Part shown: positions 37,024-49,249 of the stretch, piece by piece | Layout of the letters: the number at the start of each line of letters is the position of its first letter | Numbering within the stretch: position 1 is the first letter of the stretch | Assembly (NCBI GenBank): GCA_004022145.1 | Contig: RCNU01000005.1 | Length of the DNA stretch: 64,000 nt | Source of the DNA: Paecilomyces variotii | Lineage: Eukaryota | Reading direction: 5' to 3' (one strand) | Position numbers and translations under genes: made by a program | Notes under the pieces: generated by a model | Seen by the model: only the letters and a program-made list of their open reading frames with translations | What the model was told of the DNA's origin: nothing | Databases searched by the model: none

Positions 37024-38767
37024 AGGTTGTGGATCGAATGCTTGACATAGGATAGTTTGTCCGCAGTAGCAATGGCTGAAATTAATTGTGGAATAGAAAG
37101 AAGACGAAATATCGGAAGCTCAATGGTACAACATCGATCGTTGGAGCGTAACGTTGATGTGCGTCTGCTGGGCTTGTAAATGTTAGTCAAATAAGAAAAA
37201 AAGGCATCAGCCAAGCATGAACGAGGGAAATCCATTCACGAACTATAGATAAAATTAGATAGAAGAAGAAGAAGAAGAAGTAAAGTAACACCGCGTAGTC
37301 ATGAACCAGAGTAGTTACTATTATACCCCTTAATAATTACACAGGAGCCATTTTAACGCCTCATACGACTCAAACTCGAGCACCACCACAGCGATACGGT
37401 ATAAGGTACTGCACACATTTATTGGATCCAAAAGAAGCGGCATTTTGTCCAACAAATAGAATCTGCGGATGGGAATAATCCCCCGGTAGTGCGTCAGCTT
37501 TTATTCCGTAGGTTGGATATATCCCTCATTGTTCAATGTTTTCGGTTTGGTCTGTTTGGCCGAGTTTCTTGTGTTCGTTCGTATCTTTCTGGAATCATGG
37601 CTTTACTTGTCTGTTTCTGAGCAAGATGTCAGATATGTAGGTATGCACGGTACGTGATCTTGCAGCTCGTGTTCTGAGATATTGTTCTATGGGAGGGGAA
37701 CGGATTCCACACAGTAGAAACTAGATGAGTGTAAAGTAGATCTCTGTCTATCTACTGGCCAGATGTCAATCATAAAGTAATATAGACTTGATTCTTCTCT
37801 GCCAGGCTGGCTACTTTATCCTAGAACGAACCATATGACACTACCACAAGATATTGGAATATACCATAGAAAGAATACATATATAAAAGAAACCCATTCC
37901 TATTTCCTTCGAATAATAGCCCATATCAGCCCAGCAGCAGCGCATTCAGCATAGATAGTAGTAGAGCTGCCTTCACCGTTTCCGTAGCCTAGCGTTTGAG
38001 CGAATTAAACGGACCAATGAGAAGGGAGTAGCGGGGATCCGAGATATAGTGGTAGTAGTCTATATGGACCGCGAGGGATTTATACTGTCGAACCAAAAAC
38101 AAATGAAGAACAAAACAACCGAACCCACGATATCACTTCAGTGTAAAATGAACAGCCCCGCATGAAGAACAATACCTGATTCCAGTTAGTTAAACTAAGC
38201 CGCAGTAATAATAATAATACCTAAGATTTTTATCCTTTTTCCCGCACACGATCTCGAAGGCGGGGGGAAAGAAAAAAAAAGTACAGTAGTAAACAGGACA
38301 AGAAGTTACTTTGAGGGATTTGCCCGTATCCACTCTCTCTTCTTTGACCATGTTTTTGTCTTGGTAACTATTATTATTTTGCCGCTCTTAATCAATGGGT
38401 TCATAATACGAGACTGCTGCTTTTACGCGAAAGGGAAGGGCTGGGTTCTTTTCTGTCGCTGGTTGTGGTGGCCATGGAAAATCCCTCATAGATGCGGATG
38501 GCGTATTGCGGCAAAAGGACGAGAACATGGCACAGATTGATACTACCAGATCCACGTGGGAATCTGCTGCATTCGGTCCTGGTTCGATTAACGTGATAAA
38601 CCCTAGATTGGTAGCTAGAGCCGGAAGAGGGGTTCTATCTAATCAGCTCGCGTAGTCCATACATAAATAATCCCTCTCGGTGTCCCTCTTTCTTCTCTAT
38701 TTTCTATATATTGCCCCCGTTGTTCCGGTAGTGAGGAAAGGTGCACTTGCTTCAATCACATCAGGTG

Positions 38768-41700
38768 ATGCCTTCATCCTTGTCTTCTCAGAAGTCTGCT
38801 TCTGAAGAGGATCCGCCCGAGTTTCAGGTGGACGTCGAAGCAAAGGCTTGCAGCGATGTCGCCCACGGGGGTGAATCCGATCATGAGCTGCCAGAACAAC
38901 GGGGTTCACAGCGTATTATCTTCGAACCGCCCGCAGAAGATCCACGAGAAAGTCGCCGTTCTCGCAACAACACCTCTAAGCGTCTACGCTCGATTTCACG
39001 TTCCAAAAGCATCGAAACCGTGCGGAGCAGCCGCAGCAATAAGGACAATGGTGCATCATCTGTTGCACCGGGTATTCCGATCGAGTTTCGCACGCTCTCC
39101 ATTCACATTTCCGAGTCACAGAACGTCCCCGATGAACTGCTCAAGGAGACAAAGGACAAGAGAGACAAGAACGTCGTGAACCAAGACTACTTCGAGCAGC
39201 TTGATTTCCACATTATTAGCCCGGAGAGTCTCTGTCAACAGTTTAATGTCGATCCAGAAAATGGACTGAGCGCTAGTGCAGCAGCAGCGAGACTGCAGCG
39301 AGATGGAAAGAACACCATCGCTCAACGTCGAGAGAACTATCTGAAGAAGATATTTTATTACGTCTTTGGAGGGTTCTGCTCTATCCTATGGATCGGAGTC
39401 ATTGTTTTTTTTCTCTGCTGGAGACCGCTGAGCAACCCTCCTGACCCGACGAATTTGGCATTGGCGATTTTAGTCTTAATCGTCATTGTGCTCCAGGCTT
39501 GCTTTTCCGCTTTCCAAGACTGGTCGACGAAACAGGTGATGAATTCGATCCTTGGCTTACTTCCATCCGACACAATGGTGCTACGTGACGGGAAGCTTGT
39601 CAAGATCCCGACGGCAGACCTTGTGGCCGGCGATATCGTGCAGATTTCCATTGGAAATAAGGTACCGGCCGATATGCGGCTTCTCAAAACCTCTGGAGAC
39701 GTACGCTTTGATCGCGCCGTATTGACAGGAGAATCGGACGAGATCGAGGGGGCCACCGATGTTACGGACAAGAATTTCCTCGAAACAAGAAACATCGCCT
39801 TGATGGGAACGGGCGTAACCAACGGCAATGCGGTCGGTTTAGTCGTCCTCACAGGCTCTCGATCTGTCATGGGTCGCATAGCCAGCCTGACAGCAGGCGT
39901 CAAAGAGAAACCGACTCTCATCCAAAAGGAGATCACCCGCTTCGTGATAATCATCATCTGTCTAACTGTGATCTTGGCCTGCGCAATTTTGTTCAGCTGG
40001 GCTGGATGGCTGCGTGTTGATCATAAGGGGTTTATGGACGTTACCGCTATGCTAGATGATGTGATGGGATGCGTCGTAGCCTTCATCCCGGAAGGCATGC
40101 CAGTTGGAGTTGCGCTCACGCTCATGATGGTTGCGAAGAGGATGAAGAGCGTGAATATTCTGCCGAAGGGTCTTGCGACAGTTGAGACCCTCGGCTGTGT
40201 CAATGTGATCTGTTCGGACAAGACTGGAACACTGACGCAGAACAAGATGCTCGTCAGGTCGGTCGGGTTTGTCGATAAGCGATACAATCTCGATGAATTC
40301 ACCGAGGAGCTCCAGAAGGGTCAAGTACCCTTGCCCGTTCAGACGCTGCTTCAGGGATCGGTCCTCTGCAATGATGCCTTCTTCGATCCCGAGACGGCAC
40401 ATTTGCCGCTTGATGAGCGAGAAGTCAACGGCAACGCTACGGATGAAGCCGTCTTGCGCTTCGCAGAAGCCGTCAGCTCCGGGAGCTCCACGAGACCTAA
40501 CGAATACGAAAGAGTTTATCAGATCCCTTTCAATTCCAAGAACAAGTGGATGCTTACGTTGCACAAGACCACAGCGAAGCCCCAAGGCCCTGAACTGAAC
40601 GAGTCCAATGAGACGTATCTTGTATACGTCAAGGGGGCCCCTGATGTGCTTCTTCCGAAATGCACGTCATACTGGTCAGGCGTTGACAACGAGGTGAAGC
40701 AGCTGGATGATTCCGCGAAGCAGATGTTTTCTGCCTTCCAAGAGGAGATGTCAAAGAAAGCCGAAAGAGTTATTGTTCTCTGCCAGAGATACTATAGCCC
40801 CCGGGCGACTCTTGGGTCCAACGACTTTGCGGATGAGATCCAGGCTAAGGGTGTTCAGAACCTTACAATCGTTGGGCTGTTCGGCATAGTCGACCCTCCC
40901 CGCTTGGAAACGGCTCGTACCGTTGCGTCTTGCCGCAGGGCCGGCATCCGGTTTTTCATGGTCACCGGAGATTTTGGCTTGACCGCGGCAGCGATTGCTC
41001 GCGACGTTGGCATCTTCACGGGCACGGCAGAACCAGACACGGTGGCTGATCTCATCGATCTTAAAGTCGATGAGGACGAGAACATATGCTCGAGGCAGAG
41101 CCTTCTCATCGACGGATCCCAGATCTCATCATTGACGAAAGAAGATTGGGACGCGATCTGTCAATATAGGGAAATAGTATTCGGGCGTACGACGCCGGAA
41201 CAGAAGCTCCGCATAGTCAACGAGTTCAGAGATCGCGATAATGTCGTCGCCGTCACAGGTGACGGCGTCAATGACGCACCAGCACTGCGCGCCGCGGACG
41301 TTGGCATAGCGGTGGTCTCTGGAAGCGACGTGGCAATCGAGGCAGCAGACTTGGTGTTGATGGACAAATTCGACTCTATAGTCGAAGCGATAAGACTGGG
41401 TCGACTCGTGTTTCAGAATCTCCAGAAAGTGATCACATATCTCCTCCCCGCTGGCAGCTGGTCTGAGATCTGGCCAGTGATCATGAATGTCTGGTTTGGG
41501 GTTCCCCTACCCCTGAGCTCCTTCCTCATGATCATTATCTGTGTCTTCACTGATCTCTTCCTCTCTCTATCCCTCATCATGGAGAAAGAGGAGTTTGATC
41601 TTCTGGATGGACCTCCGAGAAATCACAAAAAGGATCATCTTATCAATCTCAAGATATATGGACAATCCTACCTGTTTATCGGAGTGTTGGAGACACTATG

Positions 41701-42169
41701 CGCGCACAGCATGTTTTTCTTCTACATGTATAAGCACGCAGGTATTCCCTTTCATGCTCTCGTTTTCGCATTCGAAAAGTACTCGGACGGCTTCTATGGC
41801 TATACGGAGGATGAACTCACGCACTTCAACAACGTTGGACAGTGCGTGTATTTCGTCACTCTGGTCATCATGCAATGGGGCAACATATTGTCCGTCCGCA
41901 ACAAGCGAATGTCTATCTTGCAGGCCGATCCTATTCGAAAGGAGCGACGCAATCCCTGGCTCCCGTTAGCGATGCTGATTTCACTCATCATTGCCATTTT
42001 TGTTACTGAGGTTCCCGGGCTCCAATCTCTCTTCAATACAGCTAGCGTGCCGCTTGAGTTCTGGTTCATACCTATCGGACTGTCCTTTGGCATTCTTCTA
42101 ATGGACGAAGTCCGGAAGGCCGTTGTTCGACTGTTTCCTAAAGGGCCAATCGCCCGGATCGCCTGGTAA
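38768..42169 (+). CDS. P-type ATPase, Na/K- or H/K-ATPase alpha-like (type IIC-like)
   Basis: Intronless ORF, first ATG at 38768. Motifs LTGES, VAFIPEG, VETLGCVNVICSDKTGTLTQNKM, IPFNSKNKW, KGAPD, DPPR, MVTGD, FGRTTPEQKLRIV and VAVTGDGVNDAPALRAADVGIA; about 10 TM segments. Confidence 0.92.
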   Translation: MPSSLSSQKSASEEDPPEFQVDVEAKACSDVAHGGESDHELPEQRGSQRIIFEPPAEDPRESRRSRNNTSKRLRSISRSKSIETVRSSRSNKDNGASSVAPGIPIEFRTLSIHISESQNVPDELLKETKDKRDKNVVNQDYFEQLDFHIISPESLCQQFNVDPENGLSASAAAARLQRDGKNTIAQRRENYLKKIFYYVFGGFCSILWIGVIVFFLCWRPLSNPPDPTNLALAILVLIVIVLQACFSAFQDWSTKQVMNSILGLLPSDTMVLRDGKLVKIPTADLVAGDIVQISIGNKVPADMRLLKTSGDVRFDRAVLTGESDEIEGATDVTDKNFLETRNIALMGTGVTNGNAVGLVVLTGSRSVMGRIASLTAGVKEKPTLIQKEITRFVIIIICLTVILACAILFSWAGWLRVDHKGFMDVTAMLDDVMGCVVAFIPEGMPVGVALTLMMVAKRMKSVNILPKGLATVETLGCVNVICSDKTGTLTQNKMLVRSVGFVDKRYNLDEFTEELQKGQVPLPVQTLLQGSVLCNDAFFDPETAHLPLDEREVNGNATDEAVLRFAEAVSSGSSTRPNEYERVYQIPFNSKNKWMLTLHKTTAKPQGPELNESNETYLVYVKGAPDVLLPKCTSYWSGVDNEVKQLDDSAKQMFSAFQEEMSKKAERVIVLCQRYYSPRATLGSNDFADEIQAKGVQNLTIVGLFGIVDPPRLETARTVASCRRAGIRFFMVTGDFGLTAAAIARDVGIFTGTAEPDTVADLIDLKVDEDENICSRQSLLIDGSQISSLTKEDWDAICQYREIVFGRTTPEQKLRIVNEFRDRDNVVAVTGDGVNDAPALRAADVGIAVVSGSDVAIEAADLVLMDKFDSIVEAIRLGRLVFQNLQKVITYLLPAGSWSEIWPVIMNVWFGVPLPLSSFLMIIICVFTDLFLSLSLIMEKEEFDLLDGPPRNHKKDHLINLKIYGQSYLFIGVLETLCAHSMFFFYMYKHAGIPFHALVFAFEKYSDGFYGYTEDELTHFNNVGQCVYFVTLVIMQWGNILSVRNKRMSILQADPIRKERRNPWLPLAMLISLIIAIFVTEVPGLQSLFNTASVPLEFWFIPIGLSFGILLMDEVRKAVVRLFPKGPIARIAW

Positions 42170-42990
42170 GACTGCAGGGAAATTCAGAAAAAGAACTGGT
42201 TTTATGCAAAAAGAAAATAAAAATTCGCCGCTAGACGCACAATCGCGATATGACATACCTTGATAATGTGCAACGTGTGACGAGCTTGCTGGGAATGAAC
42301 TGCTGTTGTCATAATCGGGGGATAAACTGAACTCCTGCAGGAATCAGACTTTTTTTTTCTTTTTCGCCATAGAAGAGCGCTGCTTGACGACTAGGAATTC
42401 CAAAATAGATGATAATCGTTGCATTGTTAATAATTAGTAAAGGGGTATGGTATGGGCCTAGACCAAGCGTTCTGCAGAGACATCAATTCCTTCTCAGCAT
42501 TGCAGCCGGGGATTTCCAAATTCAAAGACCAAGGTCCCAAAACTATAGGCAGTAGAAATCAAATCAAACGGTAGGAGAGACGGACTGAGCCATCGTGATG
42601 GCTGTTTTGTGTCATTACAAAGAAAGATAAAAGATACCCTGACAATGGGAAGACGCTAGCCAATGCCAAAAAATTTGGCGCCCCGATGAAAGAAAAAAAG
42701 AAGGACGAGTGAGAGACAAGTAGAAGGCAGAAAAGCAAGGAAAGCGGTGCAGCTAGTAGTACACTTATGAAACTGGTAGAGAATGTCAGCGGTAGGCAAT
42801 TTGAATCATCCAATCCGTCAGTTCGAATCTTCGTCAATGTGGTCTGCCGGAACAGCCGATATATACAAGAAACAGTAGTGATGATGAATGGGACGCTTGT
42901 AACGAGCAGCGGATGTGTCCATCCGCCTAGATAGTCAATGTATCGCAGGCGCGAAAGTGCAAGATCATTGCGGGGAACGAATCAGGAATT

Positions 42991-45372
42991 TCATTGCTGT
43001 GTCTTCCCAGCTTCCCTGACCTGAATCATGAAACCGTCCTCATCACCAGCCGAGTCCAAAAGCCAGTATTTACCAACGCCCGCATTGGGGATATGTCCAC
43101 CACCAAACCCGGTGGGGACAGGAGAGTTCTGAGCGCCTTGGGTTTTGGTACCGAGATCATGGGGACCCCATCCAAGAATGTCTCTGACGGCCGCATGGCC
43201 GGCTTCGTCAGGCCCGAAGCCGAACAACTGCACCTGCAGGCAACCAAGGATTGCAACTGCAGCGCGGATCATAACGCGATCGCCTTCAAACACCCAGCAA
43301 TCCCAGACACGGCTCACACGCTCGAGGTCCAGGCCATTGGTGAAAAGAGAGCGGAACATAGGCTCCCAGATGTCCTCGTCGGACAGGTTCATATTTTCGC
43401 AAAGATGAGTAGATAGACGCGGGAACTTGTAGCGAAGGGCTGCGGAGGCGAGGGAATAGGTTCGGCCCTTGGCACCTGGATCCGAAGTTAAAAATGCGAG
43501 CGGCAGCGGTCGATTCAGCGCATTGGCCATGACTAAGAACGCTGTCGCTGGAGTGGGCATCTGGAGGACGAGTAAGGCAGCAATGGACTATAAAAGCTTA
43601 TCAGTACGGTCCCGGCCACGGCCGCCAGGCGCAAACTTACATGAAGACCGTAGATGTATCCCACATCACTTCGGTACATAGAATACGCTTCCAAGACATC
43701 AATCAAGGTCTCGCGTAACGGACCCCCTTCCTGGAAGAGGTTCAAGTCGGGAAAGGCGTGGGAGACATCGTTTCTGATAGCAGAAAACCATTCCCGCATC
43801 CTCCGATTGCTTTCTCCCGCGTCGTCATTCGACTTGGACCGCACTTCCTTGGCCCTCATCAGCGCCTTCTTGTAGGTCTCCTCGGTCAGAGCGAGTTCAT
43901 TGCCAATGGCTCGCTGCCACACCGCACCTCGCGAACGAGGCGTGACCCCGCGCCACCATAACTCGCGCGTACGATGCTCTGACACCACGCGGTCCCAATC
44001 TGGACAGACGTAGTCGTCCCAGATTCGCTGGAGCGTCTGTCGCGTATTGTCTTTCTCGCACTGTGCCGACGCGGTTTTAGCGGCCCGTCGCTTGTCTAGA
44101 ATAAATTGGTTAGCAATAAGTCAGACGAGAGGATGGTCGAGACTTACCAGCTTCTCGGGACTGGGCCATCATCCTCTTGTACTCCCTCAAATGCTTCTTT
44201 TCCTCCTTCTGATCCTTCGGGGGAAGCCAACTGGGCCGTGTCCGGCTCAGAACCTTCTCTTTCTCCTTGCTGATGGGCAGGGGGTCGATCATGACGTTCG
44301 ACTTTTGGAGCGGCGGCAGCTCGACGATGCCATTCGACCCTCGTTTCGAGTCTATGCTGGTCCTGCGCGAGGACCTGCCGCTCCGGATGCCATCCAAAGG
44401 TCTCTTGGAATCATCGGCATGATACTCGAGGGCTTCCGTTAAAATCCTCGCTTCCTCCGATAATTCCGACATTACGATATGATAGGAATTAGTACGTGGA
44501 TTGCGGGGCGAGATCTGGCCACTTTTCGGTCCGGCAGAAGTTGACCTCGAGACCCTTGATCTGGAACGAGGCAGCGAAGGGGACGTTCGAGGAGAAGTTC
44601 TCGGGGAGACGGGGGCTTCTGGGACCGCATGAGACAGCGGCAGAGGCCTCGGGATCGCGCCGCCCCTGGCGTCCGGGCTTGCACTTCGCGATGCGACTCG
44701 CTCCTCATAGGGACGAGGAGAGATGGGGACGTTCCACAAGCTGGCGTCGTCGGGCAGATCCTCATCAGAATCATGGTACTCCTCTTCCAACTCTTTGACG
44801 GACTTGCGAGTTGGCTGCCATGACCCTCGACGCCCTCCGTTCCGGGCAGAGAGGGGAGAAAGGGCGAGCGTACTGCTACTCGGGGATGGAGACAATACCG
44901 ATGCCGGATTGCTGGGAGACGGAGAGCGTGACCGTCGACGTCCTGAGGATCGGATCGGGAGCGAAGGGACGGAGGGACTGGTCAAATCCCTGCGGCCACT
45001 CTTGCGTGACGCGTTGAGGGATTCCAGGTTCTTCTGGGCGATTGCCCCGTTGACCTGACCCTGCAGCGGAGGATAATCGATCTTCGTCTTCGGCCCCGAA
45101 GTCAATTCTCGACTGCAGGAGAGCATAGATGTGCTCTTGGCGCGATTGGCGGCGGGCATCGTGCGCGTTGCGGATCGCGGCAGGGCGGTGGTATAGGGGT
45201 CCATGAAGGGCACGTCCGCGTCGTCCTCGAGACCGATGTCTTCAAAGTTGGAAATGTCCGTGAACAGGCCATCCGGGCCAGAGAATTGGGAGGATGATTG
45301 GAAGGAGGAGGATTTGGAGGATTTGGACCCAGACAACTCGGGGGGAGAGTTGGGCGTGCAGACGACCGCCAT
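42991..45372 (-). CDS. TBC (Rab-GAP fold) domain protein with long Ser/Pro/Arg-rich N-terminus
   Basis: Exons 45372-44148, 44095-43641 and 43587-42991 (GTAAGT..TAG introns). [71 protein letters not shown]. The start Met is uncertain (ATG 45372 used). Confidence 0.85.
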
Positions 45373-47829
45373 GTCCACCAGGGCTGGCACCGAATATCAC
45401 GCCGGTTTAGATAACGAGGGGATCGGGGAATTAGCGACCGCGACAGGGCGAGAGCGACCAAACGATATTTCTTGGGAGGTTCGATCGAGCGGACCTGGCT
45501 CAACGACGAATGTCCCGGAAATGCGCGGTTGATGCCGTGCTTGCTTGCTGCTGTAAACGAATGGCAGGGGAATCAGTCGACTGCTGACTTTTTTTGACGT
45601 TGTTGGTGAAGGCGGCTACTGCTCGCAGTAGCTCAGACCGCAGCAAGAGAGTAAGCACGACGAGGGGGATTGCTCAGAAAAAACGAGAGTCTGGGGTGTT
45701 GGGTTGAAGTTAACCACGATGGTGGAAGGGCCCAATGACGGACATGGGGACGAGAGAGTAAACGATGGAAGACGGGCCAGGGAAGAAAGAAGCAGAAGCA
45801 GAAGTAGATAGATAGAAGAAGAAGAAGAAGAAGAGAAGCAGTTGGAGAAAGATGAGACTGGACTGGACTGGACTGGAGTGACGAGTGGAGAGGGGATGAT
45901 ACGGTCTGGAATCCGGGATGGTGGACGGGATGGGCTGTCACTGCCTGAGGCTGCCAGATCAGGGATGGCCTAATATTATTATTATTATTGCTTCTAGCCT
46001 GGCAGCCACGGGCGACGATCTGATCGTTTGCCAGTTTGGAAACTTGCGAGACGCTGGCTAGGGTGCTTTCGGCTTAGACGCTGTCAAGGGGTGGCTAGTC
46101 TAGCCTGGCAGGCGAGATGAGATGCTGGCAGATTAGGATGTCCCTCTGGGTCTCCTGCCCTAGAGTAAAATAAAATAATAATACATAATAATCATCATTC
46201 AACGATAACTAACAGACATGGTCTGTCCCATCAACAACAACAACAATAATAATAATAAACACTTCTTCTTCTTCTTCTCTCCCGCTGCCCCTGACCCAAC
46301 CCCGTGATCTTCTGCAACCGTGGCTCGCTCCTTCTCCTTGTGTGCCTGCTGTGGCTGATCCCTCAAGGGACGGCATATGATTGGCGACAATCCCCACTCT
46401 TCGGCTGTGCTCCTGTGGCTAGGGCGGCCCCCCCTCTTCGTCGCCCAAAATGTGCAAAAAGTCAATGCCGGAAACAGCGGGTCTTTTCTCGGCCACGAGG
46501 CAACAAATAATAATAATAGCAGTTGTTAGCAGTATGTAACTAGTCAGTCCCTCCAGCTGCACACGGAAAGATGACCAGTCGGACACAATATTTAATACCA
46601 ATAGAGGATAGGATTTCTGCAAACGCTGATAGATGGTAATTGCATCGACGAGCTCGTGGCGACTTTGTCGTCATACACAAGGCCTTATGGTACAGTACAT
46701 GGCTGCATCTGCCATCGCAGGGTTCCACCGAGTCAATCCATCGGGAACTATTGCCATACCATACATAGCTCGAGAGGATTTCCCTGTGGCATGTCTTCTC
46801 CGCACGCAAAGACCGGTTGCATGTCTCAGGAATCAGCACACAGGACTTGCCGCTCAACTCGCTGCGCACAAAGCATGCAGGACGGACATCATCCCATACC
46901 TCGACGATTGATCCAGCCTTGGTATGAAGGGAGAATACCGATTAAGAGGCGGTGAAACCCGGCATGGCAGAATGGGCCAAATAACGATCGCTGTCAACCT
47001 TTCTTTAGTATGTAATACAGAACATACTCGGACGCTGCTGGCCACTTCGATCGGGACAGCATACTTAAGCCCTCAGCTCCCCCTCATCGGGCCCATGAGA
47101 AGGGCCTGTCGAGCACAGATCGCGATGTCTTGCCCTCCGTTGACATGCGCATACCAGATCTCGACAGATGGGGATCGCGGGCCGTGCTCCCACAGGCTGA
47201 TTCCCTGCTGTTTATCCGTGGACATCCACGGATCAAACCACGCATGACGTGTGAGCAACCCGCACGATTCAATCGTTCATACAACAATACAACCCGCTCT
47301 ATCCGGGTCTCCACTGACGCGTCCGCACACGTTGCAAATCTGATCAGATCATCAATTATTCGGTACCGCCAAGAACGCGGGGGTTAGCCTATGAATAGAT
47401 CCGGGAATCTTCGCCGCAGCCTGGCATCTATGCTGTAGGCATTGATGCGAGTTTTGTTAGGGATATCTTGTTGCAGGGTTCAGGTCTTGCTGGTCAGCTT
47501 GAGCGACACTACTAACGCCTAGGTATGAGTTCACTTCATATTATTAGGATGAAATCAATGCATGGATCTATCTAAAACGATATACTTGATCTGTAATAGA
47601 CCGCTTCTGATTCCAATATGCACAAACCTGGCCAACAGATAATGTCAAATAGATATACAATGATACTGTAGAAACCTAGCATAACATCTAACTAACTGAA
47701 CCATCAAAACATCCCCTCAAAGCCTCAATTCACATCAGATCTATTCCGTTACTACTTCCCTCTCAATCACCCTCTCTCTTGAAAAATCAAATCAACACAA
47801 TCTCCTCCCTAGATAGCCCACATTCCTCC

Positions 47830-48429
47830 TCACTCCCTCTTCTCCCCCTTCCCAATCCCAATCGACGAAACCGCCAACGGCCCCGAGTCGGACACACTCC
47901 GTCTCCAATCGAAATGCATCACCGTCGCAAAAACCCCCAACGAACCACCCGTTATCAGAATCGGCCCCCAGATCCCGGGAACAAACACTCCGCGCATCAA
48001 GTGATTCTGCACAGCCACGTACCGATATAACCCATACCCGAAGCACCAAATACTGATCCCCTGACAGACGCGACTGGCAACAAGGTCTGCTCCGGTTCCA
48101 GGGGAGTCTGAGATCGGAATCCCTGCTGCTGCTTTTGCTTTTGCCTTGTTGCGGTCGCTGGTCGAAGATAAGAGTGTCCCATTATGATCTGATGGATTAG
48201 TACTATTATTGTCTTTTATAATAGTACCACCACCACCCTTACCCCCCCACCGCTCATTGACCATTCGATCAATAAGACTTAATCGACCCAGGGCCAGCGC
48301 CATCGCTGCAAACGCGAGTCCCATTCGAGTCCAGGATAGGAAAGTTCGCTCATTGGCTAGGTGGTCGCGCAGTTCGGAGCCTGAGTTGGCGATCGGTTTG
48401 GGGAGGAGGCGGCGGATGAAGGAGAGCAT
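47830..48429 (-). CDS. DUF202 (YidH-like) small membrane protein
   Basis: 199 aa with NSGSELRDHLANERTFLSWTRMGLAF, the DUF202 signature, and about 3 hydrophobic segments. Confidence 0.85.
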   Translation of the reverse strand: MLSFIRRLLPKPIANSGSELRDHLANERTFLSWTRMGLAFAAMALALGRLSLIDRMVNERWGGKGGGGTIIKDNNSTNPSDHNGTLLSSTSDRNKAKAKAAAGIPISDSPGTGADLVASRVCQGISIWCFGYGLYRYVAVQNHLMRGVFVPGIWGPILITGGSLGVFATVMHFDWRRSVSDSGPLAVSSIGIGKGEKRE

Positions 48430-49249
48430 TTTTCTTTCTTTGTTTGTTTCTTGGCTCTTTAATTGTGTGTCTGGGTAGTAAGGATTGGAGATTAAGATTG
48501 ATGATGATATGGGATGTTATCTAGTAGCCAAAATCGAGTCCCATGGGTAAGACTGAAAGATAGGTAGATAGATAGGTACGTGTTCTATATAAACCGGAGT
48601 TGAGGTTACCGACGGACCCTCAGATACGGAAAGTTGTTTTTGCAAGTTAACTTGAAAAAGCCCACATTTGGGAAAAAAACTCAATTTTTACACTAGATAA
48701 GAATGGTGGTGCAGAGACGTCAGTGTAAATCGAATATTGTTTACAATGCCCGGTTTTTTCTTCTTCTTCTTTCTTCTTCTTGCTCCATATCTATTATTAT
48801 CTGTTGCAGGGTACTAGATTCGTTTCCTGATAATCGCAAGTTCAGATATCCAGACGAATTTGCGACTTCTGCTGTGATGGGATATTTATTTCTGAACATC
48901 ACTCTTGTATTGTCGCGAGTTAGATACCTCAACTTAAAGTCGTCCTTGAACAGTCATTGTCGGTCGTCCAAGGAATAACTAAGAGTGGAAGTCCTCCAAC
49001 TAATGGCAAGACTAGTAATTCTAAGATGCATGTGTCATTGGAGGGAGGCATTGAGGTGCGCTGTGTTAAGAAGTAGCTCCTAGTAGTAGGACAGAGGCGT
49101 CTACAATGTCGCTGGGAAATATGCATTATGCGCCGATCGCAGTATTTTAAACTATTACACAGAGCGACAGACACTGAGAAAAACAAGGGTATCGTAGGTG
49201 AATACATAACCTCTGTCGAGTACTTCCTCTGCCAAACATGTTCGCTAGA

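Noticed and set aside
37210..37806. PacC-like GCCARG sites between kinase and pump
   Set aside because: Two hexamer hits in 1.7 kb is not above chance expectation.
45500..47800. Cluster of 60-110-aa ORFs between the TBC and DUF202 genes
   Set aside because: Overlapping on both strands, partly microsatellite-derived, no motifs.
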